This document shows, in pieces, positions 13,215 to 25,818 of a DNA stretch of 64,000 nt (positions within the stretch are counted from its first letter, which is position 1; each line of letters begins with the position of its first letter). Origin of the DNA: Hydrolagus affinis. Its lineage: Eukaryota. The notes beneath the pieces were generated by a model, which was not told the origin of the DNA, made no database searches, and saw nothing but the letters and a program-made list of their open reading frames with translations. The position numbers and the translations under genes were made by a program. The stretch covers positions 1 through 64,000 of the forward strand of contig JAAILG010001627.1 in NCBI GenBank assembly GCA_012026655.1. Direction: 5' to 3'.

Positions 13215-13900
13215 TGTTTGAAAGTGGCAGGATAGGTAGACAAAGGACAAAGCTGTTAAGAAGGCATATGGGATACTATGCTTTATAAATAGGGGTATGG
13301 AATACAAAAGTCAGGAAGTGCTGATTAACCTCTATAAGACTTTGGTTAGGCCTCAGCTGGAGTACTGTGTACAATTCTGGTTACCGCAGTTTAGGAAGGA
13401 TATTAAGGCATTGGAAAGGGTGCAGAGGAGATTTACAGGATGGTACCAGGAATGAGGGACTTCAGCTGCGAGGAAAGGCTAGATAGGCTAGGCTTATTCT
13501 CTCTAGAACAAAAAAGATTGAGAGGAGACTTGATAGAGGTTTATAAGATTATGAGAGGTTTCGACAGGGTGAATAGGGAAAGACTGTTTCCACTGGTGGG
13601 CAAATCAGTGACTCGTGGTCACAGATTTAAAATAGTTTCAAAACGAAGCAGAGGGGAGTTGAGGAGAAATTTTTTCACTGAGCGGGTTGTTCGAATCTGG
13701 AATGCATTGCCTGAAAAGGTGGTAGAGGCAGATTCCATAACAGCTTTTAAAAGGGAACTAGATCTTTATTTAGGAAGAGCAGGTCTGTTAGGTTATGGGG
13801 AGAAAGCTGGGCAGTGGGATTGAGTTGCTCTGTTCAAAGAGGCGGCACAGACTAGATGGGCCGAATGGCCTCCTTTTGTGCCGTATAATTCTATGATTCT
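13215..13900 (+). mobile_element. CR1 LINE 3' fragment (RT C-terminus and tail)
   Basis: Translation LYKTLVRPQLEYCVQFW...LFSLEQKRLRGDLIEVYKIMRG...VVRIWNALP, with tail gggccgaatggcct...attctatgattct. Confidence 0.9.
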
Positions 13901-14149
13901 AAGTCATAGGTCAGTGTGTTGCCTGAGGTTTACAAAAGACACCCACAAAAGGCTGGAGAATAGATTATCTGTTGAGTGGATCGCAGAATTTAAACCATCT
14001 CATTCAGACGTCATGCTATGTTCTTCTTTCCAGCAATGTAACTTTGACATGCTTTTTGTGCATAACAATATTGGACATATGGTATGTCTTGTATATTTAT
14101 AAACTGTTTTGTACAAACCTGATCATAGATTCTTGTTGCTTTTTTTTAG

Positions 14150-14263
14150 AAACTTTCTTTCATATACAGCACACTGAATGACGCTTATAAGAAAATAGTG
14201 CAGGTGCTTAATACGGGGAGGAGACTGCTGGGGACCTTCTTTCGAGTGGCTTTTTATGGTCAG
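14150..14263 (+). CDS. DOCK11: DOCK11 coding exon
   Basis: tag acceptor, gtgagt donor. Encodes [38 protein letters not shown]. Confidence 0.93.
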
Positions 14264-15237
14264 GTGAGTAACCTGGTACATGATGCAATGCTTCTATTTA
14301 ACGTCACAGTACCTTCTTATTTTACATGGTTAATGTTAATATCCAAAGGAATTCAGCTTGATTTTCAAAATGAGTTGTTCAAAACTTGCCATAATTTTAA
14401 GAACATAAGAAATCCTAGACTTAAAAAAAGACCAAGGTCCATCTCGTTTGCCTTCCACCTTCCTGGAATCGTATATACATATGTCCCTATGCACTATATC
14501 TCATAATGTAATTTCCAAAAAGCAAACAATCTAATCTACGTTTGAAAGAATCAACACTTGCTGCTTCAACCATCTCCCTTGGAAGCCCGTTCCACTGGTA
14601 CACCACTTGCTCTCTGAAATAGTATTTGCATACATTCATTCTGAATTTACCCCTTCTTCAATCATAGTCTGTGTTGCCTGGGTTTAACTATTCTGGACAA
14701 ATTGTAACAGCCTGTCATGATCTACAGTATAATATGTTTCCCCTTTGAAATCTTCAGAGATTTACAGTACGTTTTCAAATATTAAGACAACACAAAGAAT
14801 ATTTTTATTAAAGCTTAAAAAAAACATTTTTCAGCCTTTAGATCAAAATTCTAACGACCCTTGGAAATCATTTTTTTTTCTTCCACAACCTGGTATCCTA
14901 AGGAAGTATAATGAGGGTTCTCTGTGGCAATGCAAACAGAGCTTTCATAATCTTCTTGCTATGATCAAAACAGCTTCTTGCCCCATCACTTGCTTGCCTG
15001 ATTTAATTAATTTAATAAGGAGGGGCACTGATGCTTCAAATGAGTAAACATTAACCATTCACCTCTACAACCCATGTTTGAACACAGCCCAGACGTATTC
15101 ACTGACAGTTTGAGGTTTTCTATCATTTATCTTGCTATTCCTTAGTGGTCCTAACTTTGTTGATGTGATTTATTGCTGGATGTAACTTTTTAAAATGAAT
15201 TTCTAAGTTCATTACTCTATCTGAATTACATTTAAAG

Positions 15238-15384
15238 AGTTTCTTTGAGGAGGAAGATGGAAAAGAATACATCTATAAGGAACCCAAATTGACCAGGCTT
15301 CCCGAAATATCCGAGAGACTGCAAAAACTTTATGGTGATAAATTTGGGGCTGACACAGTGAAAATCATCCAGGATTCTAACAAG
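15238..15384 (+). CDS. DOCK11: DOCK11 coding exon
   Basis: aag acceptor, gtatat donor. Encodes [49 protein letters not shown]. Confidence 0.92.
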
Positions 15385-15822
15385 GTATATTTTTTAATCA
15401 TGTTTTGCAGTGCAGACATATTAATTCTACACCTGCCCTTTTTAATGCCTGGAATTAGCAAGATAGTAAAAGTGAGAGACACATCCAAGCTTCAGAAAAC
15501 ATTTTTCTTCGCCTTTTTAGACTTAGCCTTGCTGGCATCCCAGCTAATCAGGAGTTAGCCATCTCGTAATATAAAACCAGGTATGTAAGATTAAAAAAAG
15601 AGTAGGAATTAGTGATCTTTCAATAGCCTTTTGTATCTTGTGTTTTCTTAGCATTCTCCTTGTAAGGAAAGCAAACTGATCATTATTTATGTGTGTCTTA
15701 ACTTGTTGCAAAATTATAAGGGTTATGTTCTTCTATTGATAGTAATTCAAGGGAGAAACTTGGCAAATTGAGTTGAAATATTACTATATTTTTAAGGTTC
15801 TAATTTCACTATTTCTTTTTAG

Positions 15823-16033
15823 GTTAATGCAAAAGACTTGGATCCCAAATATGCGTACATTCAAATTACATTTGTCATTCCCTATTTTGATGAGAAAGAA
15901 TTGTGTGACAGAAGAACGTATTTTGAGAAAAACCACAATATTTGCCGATTCGTTTTTGAGACTCCCTACACGTTATCTGGAAAGAAGCAAGGAGGGGTGG
16001 AGGAACAGTGCAAGAGACGAACCATTTTAACGA
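15823..16033 (+). CDS. DOCK11: DOCK11 coding exon
   Basis: tag acceptor, gtaggt donor. Encodes [70 protein letters not shown]. Confidence 0.94.
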
Positions 16034-17106
16034 GTAGGTACATGTCTATGACTAAACCTTAGAAGCTTGAAATACAAATCTACAGCTAAAGCTGTTAATT
16101 GCTGTGAGATATTCTATTGACACACTAACCATTGGTTCCATTGGTTACTAACTATATACTATTATTTGTTAACTGTATTTACTGTACATTGAAACCAGAC
16201 ATTGTATGCATTTTCTGAGTTTGACTGGATTGTATATTACCAGATTATTGCTGGCAAACATGACAAACTTGTCTAATGTCTGCCAAGTATAGCTGATTGC
16301 GTGAGAGCTGAATCAACCTACTGGAAAAACAACCTTCCATATCCTTTTGTTTCAGTCGCTGTAAGCATTGCCAACAGCATCACAAAAACTTTTACTTCTT
16401 TACAGATCTTGACTATCGTCTGTCCTAGATATGAGAGGTTTAGTTATTTTTAAGTATAGTAACATTTAGGGGTCAGCCAGGTGTCAGACACGAAAATTCA
16501 TTGCAATGCAGAAAAATATCTAGAGGGTACAGAGTTCGAAGTATGCCATCTAAACATGACATTTTCCCGGTATCTGGAACAAAATGCGCTATGACTGGAA
16601 ATATTCCATCTTTATGCGTGCTTATACCTCACAACAACACTGCAGATTCACTGAGATAACAGTTCTTTTTAGCCCAGGTACTGGCAGATGAGATGTACAC
16701 AAATATAGGTGATGGGTGAACAATGACACAGGTTGTCACAAATCAGAAATTTGCATCACACACAATGAACACTGTTTTGTCTCTTCCTCATTTTACTCAC
16801 CCTGTCTGGTTTTTCCCCTTATCTCTCAGGTGTCATTCAGCTTCTTTATCTTTTTTGTTTGCTCACATCCCTTCTTTCTACATAGGAGAAATGACCAAAA
16901 GTTTGGGATTTGTGTCTGTGTTGCTCTGAGCCATCTTTCTCTTGTTGTTGCAACACTTTGGCACATGCTGAAGTGGAGACAGAATATGATGGGTGGGCAG
17001 AGTGAGTGAGAAGAACCCATGGAAAGATCAGAAAAGCAGTTTAACTATCATCTTAACAAGTAGCGAAACTGTTGCAAAACAGTATTCCTCAACTGGCTCC
17101 CCACTC

Positions 17107-17140
<34 letters not shown>

Positions 17141-18035
17141 TGAATAAAGGCCCTATCCAATATAACTCTCATTAAGTTATACATACCAAACATTGCATGT
17201 TTAGTTATTGGCTTATGCTGACATAATTGATATTAGCATGGGCAGCAGTATTTAAAAACCAAAACAGTCAAAACAAAATTGGTCATTTTAATCCCACACT
17301 GTTTGTGGCACACTGCTGTGCGCAATTGGCTGGCATGTTTCGCCCACCACAATACACTGTAATTGCCAATTACAGTGTATTCTCTGAAGCGCTTTGGGGC
17401 GTCTAGGAGATGTGAAAAGAAGCGCTGTATCAAATGCAAGGATTATTATATTTAATAATATTAGCAAGATGGAGGTAGATCAGGGGGCTAGCTATTTTTA
17501 GGTCAGGATATTAAGGCATACAGTGCAAGGGCAGTAACTGGACTTGAGGTACAGATCAGCCATAATCTTATAAAATGGTGGAACAGGCTCAAGGGGCTGA
17601 ACAGCCTAGTCCTATTTTTATTTTTGTATTTGTTTTTTTGACGGTGAGCTTGAGAGAGAGAGAGAGGTGAGGTCATCCTGCATTCCCACTTTTGTTTGTT
17701 TTCCATTGAAACCATCTGATAAATGTACTGGTACCTGCTTGGAGGTTGAATAAGAAGAGTTTGGCTGTGAAGTCCCCTACCCAATTACTCACTGTCCAGG
17801 CTGGTTAGTGAAGAATGGTAACATGACTCTAACTTGATGTAAAGGGGTGCTGCTCTATGCTATGAAATGTCGCACATGCATTAAGGAGTGAAAAAAGAAA
17901 AGGGACCAGAAATGGTGCATAATACTTTGCCTAACACAATTGTTTCAAGAAGATTTTGAACCTTTTGTGCCTATTTAATGGTGAACTTTGTAACACCGCA
18001 AACTTACTTTCACCTGTTGTTGAAATTGCTTCCAG

Positions 18036-18226
18036 CAATACACACATTTCCATACGTAAAGAAGAGGATTGCAGTTATGTACGAACATCATGTTGACCTG
18101 AAACCTATTGATGTAGCAACTGATGAAATGAGGGACCGAACAGCAGAACTACAAAAACTGTGTGCCTCGAATGAAGTGGATATGATCCAACTACAACTTA
18201 AACTCCAGGGCTGTGTTTCAGTGCAA
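18036..18226 (+). CDS. DOCK11: DOCK11 coding exon (DHR-2 lobe C)
   Basis: cag acceptor, gtgagc donor. Encodes [63 protein letters not shown]. Confidence 0.94.
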
Positions 18227-19017
18227 GTGAGCGTAACAGTAACAATTTACATTTACATAACAAGTTTCACATTGCGAGGATGTCTCAAATGCTTTATACA
18301 GTTGAGTGGGAGCTGGAGCATATGATCTACAGATCTACAGATCTACCCAACCGATCAACAGAGGGTTGGGTGTGGGATGGGGGGGTGGGGGGAGGAGTAA
18401 GGTGACCAAAAGCATTATCATTAAGAAAGATTTAAAAAATGCTGAGGTAGGGTGGAGTTTGAGGCTGAGGAACTCGGATGGGGTTTCCACAGAGTGGGAG
18501 CAGAATGGCTGAAAGCCCACCTAGCAATGATAGGATAGATCAGACTGGAGCTATGAAGAGCCAGGGTCTGCTGAGTAAGGGGAACAGACGAGACAAAAGG
18601 ATTGCAGGAAATGACGGAGCTAGGTCTTGTTTAAGTGTTCGAATCAGACTAATTAATTCAAAAGTGAAAGATGCTTATCTTATTATCTTATTATCTTATT
18701 AAAGAAATTCAAAGAGAATGGTAAGTGGTTTTATGTGATGCCTGTGACTGCAAACCGATTTGCAGTAACGGAACAACAACATTGCATTTGTAAAGTGCCT
18801 TTCATGTCGGGAGGACGTCCCAAGACACCGAACAGTCGGGGATCAGTTCGGCAAAGTAATTAAGACCTTGAATACATTTCTTCTGATTTTTTTTTCATCT
18901 TTAACTTTACAAGTCTGCAAAAGCCAAATCTTTTCACTGCAAATTGCGGTTTACAGTATAGATGTGGTGTTTTGTCTTTAAGAAGAGGATGCAGTTTCAT
19001 CCTTGTATTTATTGTAG

Positions 19018-19118
19018 GTGAACGCTGGACCACTGGCTTATGCAAGGGCGTTCCTCGATGAACAAAAATCCAGCAAATATTCAAGCAAAAAAGTGAAGCA
19101 GCTAAAGGATGTCTTCCA
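19018..19118 (+). CDS. DOCK11: DOCK11 coding exon carrying the nucleotide-sensor valine (VNAGP)
   Basis: tag acceptor, gtgagt donor. Encodes [33 protein letters not shown]. Confidence 0.94.
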
Positions 19119-19312
19119 GTGAGTCAACGAAACATACTGTATTATCTTGATCAGGCATAATGGATATTCATAAATAGTCCGTGACTGTCGCTAGTGTCTG
19201 AAGATTAGAAAATATATTGGAAAGTTTCATAATTTGAGTGTTTGACTAATTGTGTTGAATCTTACAAGGAGAAAAGGAAACTGATATTCTCTCTTTTAAA
19301 AACCGTACCCAG

Positions 19313-19451
19313 GCAATTTGTTGCAGCCTGCAGCCTTGCTTTGGATTTAAATGAGCGTCTGATCAAGGAGGACCAGATGGAGTACCACGAAGGGCTAAAG
19401 TCAAACTTCAAAGACATGGTGAAAGAATTATCGGAAATAATCCACGAACAG
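19313..19451 (+). CDS. DOCK11: DOCK11 coding exon
   Basis: cag acceptor, gtcagt donor. Encodes [46 protein letters not shown]; HEGLKSNF is DOCK11-type as recalled. Confidence 0.94.
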
Positions 19452-21075
19452 GTCAGTGCTGGCATCTCTCCTGCTAACTGCAACAGGTGGAAGAAACCAT
19501 CTGGTGGGAAGAGAAATGGGCATATTCGTTTGCGTAAATAAATCCAAAGTTAATCGCCGGTTGAAGAATCTGGAGCATTTCCATTATCTCTCAGTTGACC
19601 AATTTCGCAATCTCACAATGGTGGAACGAGTAAATTTGGTGAAACTGAATTCAGTCTAACTGAAAAGTAATGGAATGCTGCAATCGGTCGGAATGCATGT
19701 AATAAACTCCGCACACGCCAGCCATCGATTCATGTCAATTTCAAGCACCTTATAGTGGGTATTCAACATTTTGCTTTTATCGGTTGACTTTTATGGGTAA
19801 ATTTATGAGGTTGCTTTCTAATTACCTCTGTTTTCCTTGACCATCAATGCATCCTCCTCTACTTTAGAATACCATGCAATTTAGGTGCAGATTTTGCTAC
19901 AAATACTGAGGTCAGCACTCACTAGTATGCCTGCTTGGGTTGGGGTGGAGGCAGGCCTGGCTGGCTTTACTGCTTTCCATTCTCTAACCAGTCGAGTGAG
20001 TAGATTTAATGTTTGTAACTTGTTGTCACAAATGTTTTTAAATCGCATTTTTAATATTTAATATAATCCTTGGAATGTTATTCAATTTCAACTTTGACTA
20101 GACTTCCTGCTGCCTGCAATAAACTTTAAGTGAACTGATCATAGCACATAGCATTTGTTCATAAATTAATAAATTTTGCTGACTAAACAACTTCCCTCAT
20201 ACCCAAACATTAATGTAATTGTTTAACACACTGCCGCCTTATTTGCATCTGCTTAAGAATTCAATCTGCATTTCGGATTTGTTGACAACAATGCACCAAC
20301 ATTAGGGATGATGACAGGGTATTCAGATCGCCAATTCTCTTGCATTTAAATCATTTTGTTTCATTTGTTTAACTGATTTTTGACTGTTCCTTACAAAAAT
20401 GGTTGGATGTTTCTGTTAATGTGTACTGTTTTCCTTTATTTCACGTATGCTCCCTTGTTATGAAGGACTTAATGGGGTAAATGTAATCTGCAATTTTATA
20501 TTTGAGATGTCATTTAGATTTACCAAATAATCTTCTGTATAAACTGCACCAATCCAAGCTTTCATCCCCACTCCCTAATTATTGACATTTTAGGAAATAT
20601 TGTATATGTGTGTGTATGGGTGGTGGTGGGGGGGGGGGCACCTTTTTTTCTGCATTGTTTTAAATGTTTTCTTCCTTTCTCTCTATCCCTGGGACATGCT
20701 GTAGCTCTGTGTGTGCTTCTGACTTTCCCTTCTACCTATAGTCTTTGGTTCTCTCTTGCTCTCTTTCTTTGCCTTTGTTTTTCTTTTTTTCTCCCCAATC
20801 TGTTGATTCCTTCTCTTTTAATGCTCCACCCAACATGAAATATATGTGAGCAAAAACACCTGCAATACTTTGTGACAATTTAAAATCTCTCTGCTTGATC
20901 TTTGAATAGTAAATTCATTCTCTCAAACTTGCCTCGGATGAATGGCTTTGTAAAGGTGTGGCTGATACACCGGTACAAAGCATGGCTGTTTTCAAGCTTT
21001 TGATAGACTTCAATCTTGTTTTTTTGTTTCTTTTTTTAAAAAAAAGCATTTTAACATTTTCCTTTTCTGATTAAG

Positions 21076-21201
21076 ATTTTCACAGAAGAAGATATCATGA
21101 AATCACAGCTGCGGAACTCGCTGTTTGTTTTTAGCGCCATCAGTGGAATGACTTCTGGTGCCTCAGTTCATGGTTCACCCAACGCCCCCTCGACTACCTG
21201 A
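21076..21201 (+). CDS. DOCK11: DOCK11 terminal coding exon to TGA
   Basis: aag acceptor. Encodes IFTEEDIMKSQLRNSLFVFSAISGMTSGASVHGSPNAPSTT*, similar to the DOCK9/11 C-terminal N(S/T)L(H/F)xFxAISG motif. Confidence 0.85.
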   Translation: MFTEEDIMKSQLRNSLFVFSAISGMTSGASVHGSPNAPSTT

Positions 21202-23326
21202 CGGGGCTGCTCACTGAGAAACGAGGGTGCTTAAGACATTTTATCATTATCCATTCTCAGGAAAGTTTGTTGCCAAAGCTTTCATTGTGGCCAATGGAAA
21301 CTGTAACACCAGTTGTTTTAAGTGCAATGGTAGTTTTCCATGGCCTGCCCAGAGTCATTTGAGCAAACTGCTCATCACTCTGATCAAGAAATTCCATTCT
21401 ACAATGCTGTTCTGGATTGTATTCAAAGGAGCAACCTGCAGTTAGAGGGGCCCAAGTGAATGCAACTGCAATTTTTTGTATTTTTTTTAAAAAAAACATT
21501 CTTATTCAGGTCAAATGTGTTTTGCCCACAGTGGCTAAATTTATGTATTAGACATTTTGATGAGAATTAACTTTGAGGGGTCTAATACTGCATCACCAGT
21601 ACAATGCTGAACATGTATTTCAAAACATTCATGTAATTTTCTAGTTGTACAGAATGCTGGTTTGAATGTGTTTGAAAATAAAGCTGGTTGACGTGTGATG
21701 CTTCACAATATCATATATTTAACATGTAACAAAATAGCAGTAACTGTGTAATGTATATAAAAAAATCTTAACTGTGGCGGATTATTTAAAAAAACATTGT
21801 TTTTATTTCGGACAAAAACGTTTCAGGGCAAAATACATACAGACCAATGAATGAATAATACTTGCCTTTGCTAATGATAGTTGATGTGTCTAAAATATGC
21901 ATTCAAAAAATGGAAAGAGTTGGAAAGAAAAAATGAACCTTCAGAATGCATGTTCTTCAGCTAATCTTACCTAGAGATTCATTCCTTTGCCAAGGTGAAT
22001 GGAAAACAAATAGCTTGAATGATTTAGAGAGATTTGTTGCTGCTGCTATTTCATTGTGAACCTTGTAAATGCTGTTGTAGCTTACAGAATGTGAATGTTG
22101 TTGGTGGCTTTTAAAAACAATTTTCTGCAATTTTATTCTAAATATTATAAATGGGGAAGGTTCAAGAACTGTTGCATGTTTCCCGATGCAAAGTATTCAC
22201 GGTAATTTGAGGAAGATGTTTATTTTGGCGCACTAACCCTGCAATTCTCAACAGATTTTAAAAAAAAATATGTAACTCATAAGGCAATTTGTGAATGTTA
22301 GTTCCCTTTCGTGTCCTCTTCCCTTCGCCCTTTCTCCCCCACGTCCATTCCCCCCCCCCCCCCCACCACCACCACCTTGTCCCTCTATAAAGATGATATA
22401 ATATGAATCAGTCACTTTTGTTATATGTTAGCACCTGTTGTGTTTTTATTTATGTTTTAATTTGCTTAACGTATCAGTCTGCCAGGAACCTATTACAGTA
22501 TCTCCTAACACCAATGATGCAAATAGAGGATTTGTGGTGGTAAATTACATGTGCCACGCCACCAGAGACGTATGCAAACTAGAGATCATATTTGCTACCA
22601 CACACAAAGATCTCATGAAAATAAAAAAACAAAAGTGCAACTGTACTGTTACAGTATTACAAACAGCAAAATTTAAACAATGATCAGTGATCTCAGTTCC
22701 ATTTTTTTTTATTAACCCAAGCTTTACTGCTATCTTTCTTCATTTCTCCAGTGGACAGAAAATAAAGTGATCATTACTAGCCAGCCATGTGGAGACTTGC
22801 TATTATTCAGTGGCTTTTGTTCTAATGCTGTACTGGGTTAATGCTTGGGAGACTAGTTTGTGAATACTTGTACCTGTACTATGAAACTTTTCTCTTGGCA
22901 GTTACTGCTGATTTGACATTTTGTAAATATTGAGGGAAAGCATTGAATTATTTCTGTATCTAGGTCAAAACTTAATGGAAATACTGCTCGTCTCATATTA
23001 CCCAAGCATTTTTCTACTTTGCACAATCCCCAACCCCCACCCACCCCCATCACCACCAACCCTACCCTTAATATTCTGTATGAAGATTGTATTTGTATTT
23101 TGACCAACTTTTGCTCTAAAAGCATCAAATTGTGCCTCCATGCCAAAAGTACAATAGCTTTGGCCATTTGAAGATGTGGTTGCGTAAGCAAGTTGTGTCT
23201 CCTTTGCTGATAGGTTGACTGTACCCTATTAAACGATGCCTTCGTTTTCAGCATCAATAATTAAGTCCTTTTTATTCAAGCATATTTTAATGCCAAGAAG
23301 ACCTCTATGTAAATAGATTGATGTAA

Positions 23327-23332
23327 AATAAA
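23327..23332 (+). terminator. Probable distal polyadenylation signal of DOCK11 (proximal AATAAA also at 21677-21682)
   Basis: AATAAA followed by a GT/T-rich tract, at the end of a repeat-free AT-rich stretch downstream of the stop codon. Confidence 0.5.
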
Positions 23333-24299
23333 GAAAAGTATAAGTCGTGCTTTCTTGTCTCATTCTCTTATTTTCCCCTGGATTCATATTGTGTTCATGT
23401 AACCTCAAGAAGTGGTTTTCTCAGCACTGCCGAAGGCAGTAATACCAACCCTTCTCTCAAGTGATGCTGTCATTTCCTGACTGTAGGTGAGCTGGGTACT
23501 TTCTCCGTCTGTACATTGTAGCTTTAATGCTTTTTTTCATATTTCTCAGATTTACTGAACATCCCCGCCTATAGTAACAGGAGTTGAAACTCCCAGACGT
23601 AACCGAGTTTACAGTTTGCAAGCTACATAGCACTCGCATGAATGATGCTATACAGCAAAAATAAGTTATTGTTGTTGCTTTGGAATCTACACCACAGTAC
23701 TGTATAAAGCTTCACGGCGTATCACAGCTTGCTGTTTTTAATGTAGTTGAAGGAACCATTAACTATGCAATATGAAGATGGCAATTATTGTAACTGTAGA
23801 CCTGAACAAATCTTGCAAACCATTAGCCAAATCTCTTTCCTTGACAATGTTTGGTCTCAGAAGAAATCTAATAGTACACCTAGCAATTACTTTCCATTCT
23901 GTTGATCATACCCATTTTATTTCATGGAATTTATGCCATGTATGTTTTAAATGTTTATTTTTAACTGGGGCAAAACCTTAAGCAAGTTTCCTTACTCCAC
24001 ATACTTCTGCGCACCTAGTGGTAAGTAGGAACCCAGTTGTTAGTCGATTGCCAGCTCCCTTTCCAGGTAATAATCGCTTCATAAATAATAATTTGGTCAC
24101 TTAATTCAAGAATTTTGAGGAAACACTGCTGTTCGCAATTGGGTGCTACCTTTTATCCACAAAATTCACTTTATTATACGTGAAGTGCATTGAGACATCT
24201 GAACAATGTGATAATGTGCTATATCAAACGATCGGATTCTTATTGTGATGCCTTTATCAGCCGATCATATAACTGCAAGTCTTGAGCAGAAGGCTACAC

Positions 24300-24680
24300 G
24301 GTTCGTTTCACTTTGCATGGCCCAAGGGGAGAGAGAGAGGTAGGAGGGCGACAGAAGACATGATCGAACAGGAGGGTCTTGAAGGAGGCAACGGAGGAAA
24401 CGGGGAGAATGGACTGGGATGGTGTTCCAGAGTATGGGGGAGAGAGGCTGAAAGCCCAGCCACCGATGTTAGGTGCATTGTGCAGTGAGTTTCCCCTCCA
24501 GCGAGGGTGGTACTTCAGCATTAACACGTCAACGGCAAAATCTGTAGGCGTCGGGTGGGAGACATGAAGCAGATGGAAGCCCACTGAATGGAGGGGCCAG
24601 GTGGGTTGATAGGGAGACAGCAGGTTGGAGAGATAGGAAGGGGTAAGGCCGTGAATGGCCTTGAAAGTGAGTAGACATGG
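24300..24680 (-). mobile_element. L2 3' fragment interrupted by a 67-bp non-L2 insert
   Basis: Translation LTFKAIHGLTPSYLSNLL...IGGWAFSLS; insert at 24485-24551. Confidence 0.75.
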
Positions 24681-24942
24681 ATGCTGCAACAATGGGATTT
24701 GGGATAATATAATAATCCCGCATTTGATATAGTGCTTTTCGTATCTTCTAGACGTCGCAAAGAGCTTCACAGAATATACTGTAAAATGAATTGACTATTT
24801 GTGAATGAAATGCTGCAGCCAATTGTGCATAGCAGAGTCCCACAAACAGCGGATTGAAGTGACCAACGTATTATTGTTTTTTGTCCTTGAGATTATCATC
24901 AGGTGTGTGAAGTAAGGAAAGACAGAGGGCGACAGAAGACAT

Positions 24943-25220
24943 GTGGTTAGAGCACTCGCCTTGCAAGCGAGAGACATGGGTTCAATCCGCGGCAGGGCGA
25001 AGCCTTGGGCAAGTTGCCTTACTCCACCCGCCTGATAAGAATCCCTCAACAAAATTGGTCATTCCATTCCACGACTGCTGGTGGGACACTGCTGTGCGCA
25101 ATTGACTGCCGCGTTTCACCCACAAACATACAGTCAATTCACTTCTATTCAGTGAAGCGCTTTGAGACGTCTAGAAGATGTGAAATCGCTATATCCAATG
25201 CAAGGATTATTATTATTATT
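24943..25220 (+). mobile_element. tRNA-derived SINE (dominant family, L2-like tail); head-to-head with a minus copy at ~24705-24920
   Basis: tRNA-like head tggttagagcactcgccttgcaagcgag...ggttcaatcc, shared body, and tail atccaatgcaaggattatt. Confidence 0.85.
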
Positions 25221-25724
25221 GTCCTATTATCTTTAGGATCCCAACCGTTTTATAAGTGAACCTGGGTTCTAACTATCATGCAGTAAGGGTGGGAGGGGGG
25301 TGTCTAGTGTCTTGTGACTTGTCTGGTGAGGGGAGGGTGAAGGGGGAAGAGGGAGAAAATAGAGGGCAACTGTTTGCACAGAAGGTTTGAAAGTTGAGGA
25401 ACAAATGCATTCGCCCTAAAGGGGCCAAATGGAAAGCTGGTGATGATGTACTGTGCTGAACGCCCACAGATTTTGCCGTTGACGTGCTAGTGCTGAAGTA
25501 CCGCCCTCCCTTGAGGGGAAACTCACAGCTCACTGTGTGTAGTGTGTGTTAATCAGCGAGTTAACACTTCACAGCGCCAATGTCTCCAGTGAGTGTGGAT
25601 ATAACCGTGGTTTGATTGAGTAGAGCCAGTCCAGGCGGAGAGGTGGTAGTGGGGGAGAGAGAGAGAGAGAGAGATTGTAGATTACATTGGGTAGAGGGGT
25701 GGAGGAGAGAGGCGGATAAACGAG

Positions 25725-25818
25725 ATGATGTGCGGATTATTGAGTTTGGTGGTGCTTTTAATCTGCCTGTTCTGTCCGATAAATCTAACCTCAAGAGTCA
25801 GTAGTTGCAACAATACAG
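25725..25818 (+). CDS. IL13RA1: IL13RA1-like exon 1 (signal peptide)
   Basis: ATG to G|gtaagt. Encodes MMCGLLSLVVLLICLFCPINLTSRVSSCNNT, a hydrophobic signal peptide; phase 1 matches exon 2. Confidence 0.8.

Noticed and set aside
13440-13823. Standalone ORFs here and at 38619-39161, 49522-49998, 50532-51152 and 29608-30556 as host genes
   Set aside because: All are C-terminal RT remnants of CR1 or L2 LINEs with frameshifts and retroelement tails.
20640-20960. Possible extra DOCK11 exon after a long pyrimidine tract in the last intron
   Set aside because: No convincing acceptor/donor pair with a DOCK-like reading frame; the nearest tag acceptor opens on a stop codon.
1906-21201. Calling the gene DOCK9 or DOCK10
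   Set aside because: [30 protein letters not shown] and HEGLKSNF match DOCK11 as recalled, and IL13RA1 is the downstream neighbour.
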